This document shows, one piece after another, positions 63,807 to 64,000 of a stretch of DNA of 64,000 nt (the first letter of the stretch is position 1; each line of letters begins with the position of its first letter). Below the pieces are notes generated by a model. It searched no databases. It was not told where the DNA came from and was given only the letters and a program-made list of their open reading frames with translations. Origin of the DNA: a virus (lineage: Duplodnaviria; Caudoviricetes); the IMG/VR virus record IMGVR_UViG_2835547190_000003, positions 768-64,767 of that record, one strand, 5' to 3'. The translations under genes and the position numbers were made by a program.

Positions 63807-64000
63807 GGATGGCGGCATATACTTACGCGGACACTGAGCGGTGGCTCAGCGACATTGCCGGCATCATCGGCGCCTACCCAGAAACGGAAGCGCGCTTGAT
63901 ACCGTTGTACGAACGGGTAGAGCAGATGCAACGCAAACTTGTTGCGAACGACAATGTGCGGGATCGCATCAGATCACGGCTGCGTCAAACGGCAGCGTAA
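63803..64000 (+). CDS. Hypothetical protein
   Basis: Coupled; ends VANDNVRDRIRSRLRQTAA. Confidence 0.7.
   Translation: MRMAAYTYADTERWLSDIAGIIGAYPETEARLIPLYERVEQMQRKLVANDNVRDRIRSRLRQTAA

Larger units (their letters stand above)
507..64000. mobile_element. Temperate prophage (HK97-fold capsid, long non-contractile tail); right end and integrase lie beyond the window
   Basis: Contiguous terminase, portal, Clp protease, capsid, tail tube, tape measure, lysis, replication and cI modules; host-type repeat left of 500. Confidence 0.93.

Noticed and set aside
1-64000. CRISPR array or Cas operon
   Set aside because: No repeat-spacer array seen. The Cas4-like nuclease (47683) sits in a Sak4/SSB recombination module.
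63803-64000. Integrase or excisionase
   Set aside because: No recombinase motifs in the window; presumably beyond the right edge.

Overview
Almost the whole window (about 507-64000) is a temperate siphovirus-type prophage in a Brucellaceae (Ochrobactrum/Brucella-like) host. Host DNA with a Bru-RS-type repeat occupies about 1-500, and the left attachment region is probably at about 507-627. Modules from left to right: LexA- and stress-regulated accessory genes (710-6115); a leftward block of accessory, lysis, tail, HK97-type head and packaging genes (6471-33852); two tRNAs preceded by a ~660-nt highly structured non-coding leader (33917-34740); a late regulator, origin-like nested inverted repeats and stress morons; a replication/recombination operon (primase-helicase, two DNA methyltransferases, RtcB, helicase, Cas4-like exonuclease, a phage beta clamp, a CCA/poly(A)-like nucleotidyltransferase, Sak4-type ATPase); the immunity region (cI, no recognisable cro); and a rightward early operon that runs off the window before any integrase. 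The most striking unexplained signals are four. (1) About 15 non-structural proteins carry an [A/S/T]NDN motif, often followed closely by a C-terminal Ala-Ala, which looks like a genetically encoded mimic of the alphaproteobacterial tmRNA (ssrA) degradation tag. (2) A CACGAGGA motif with ACCA-rich leaders occurs at least 16 times, mostly at translation starts. (3) The large structured RNA lies upstream of atypical tRNA-Pro(A37) and initiator-like tRNA-Met genes. (4) A dispersed set of genes could form a tRNA/translation-repair toolkit. All calls come from reading motifs by eye; no database searches or folding computations were run.
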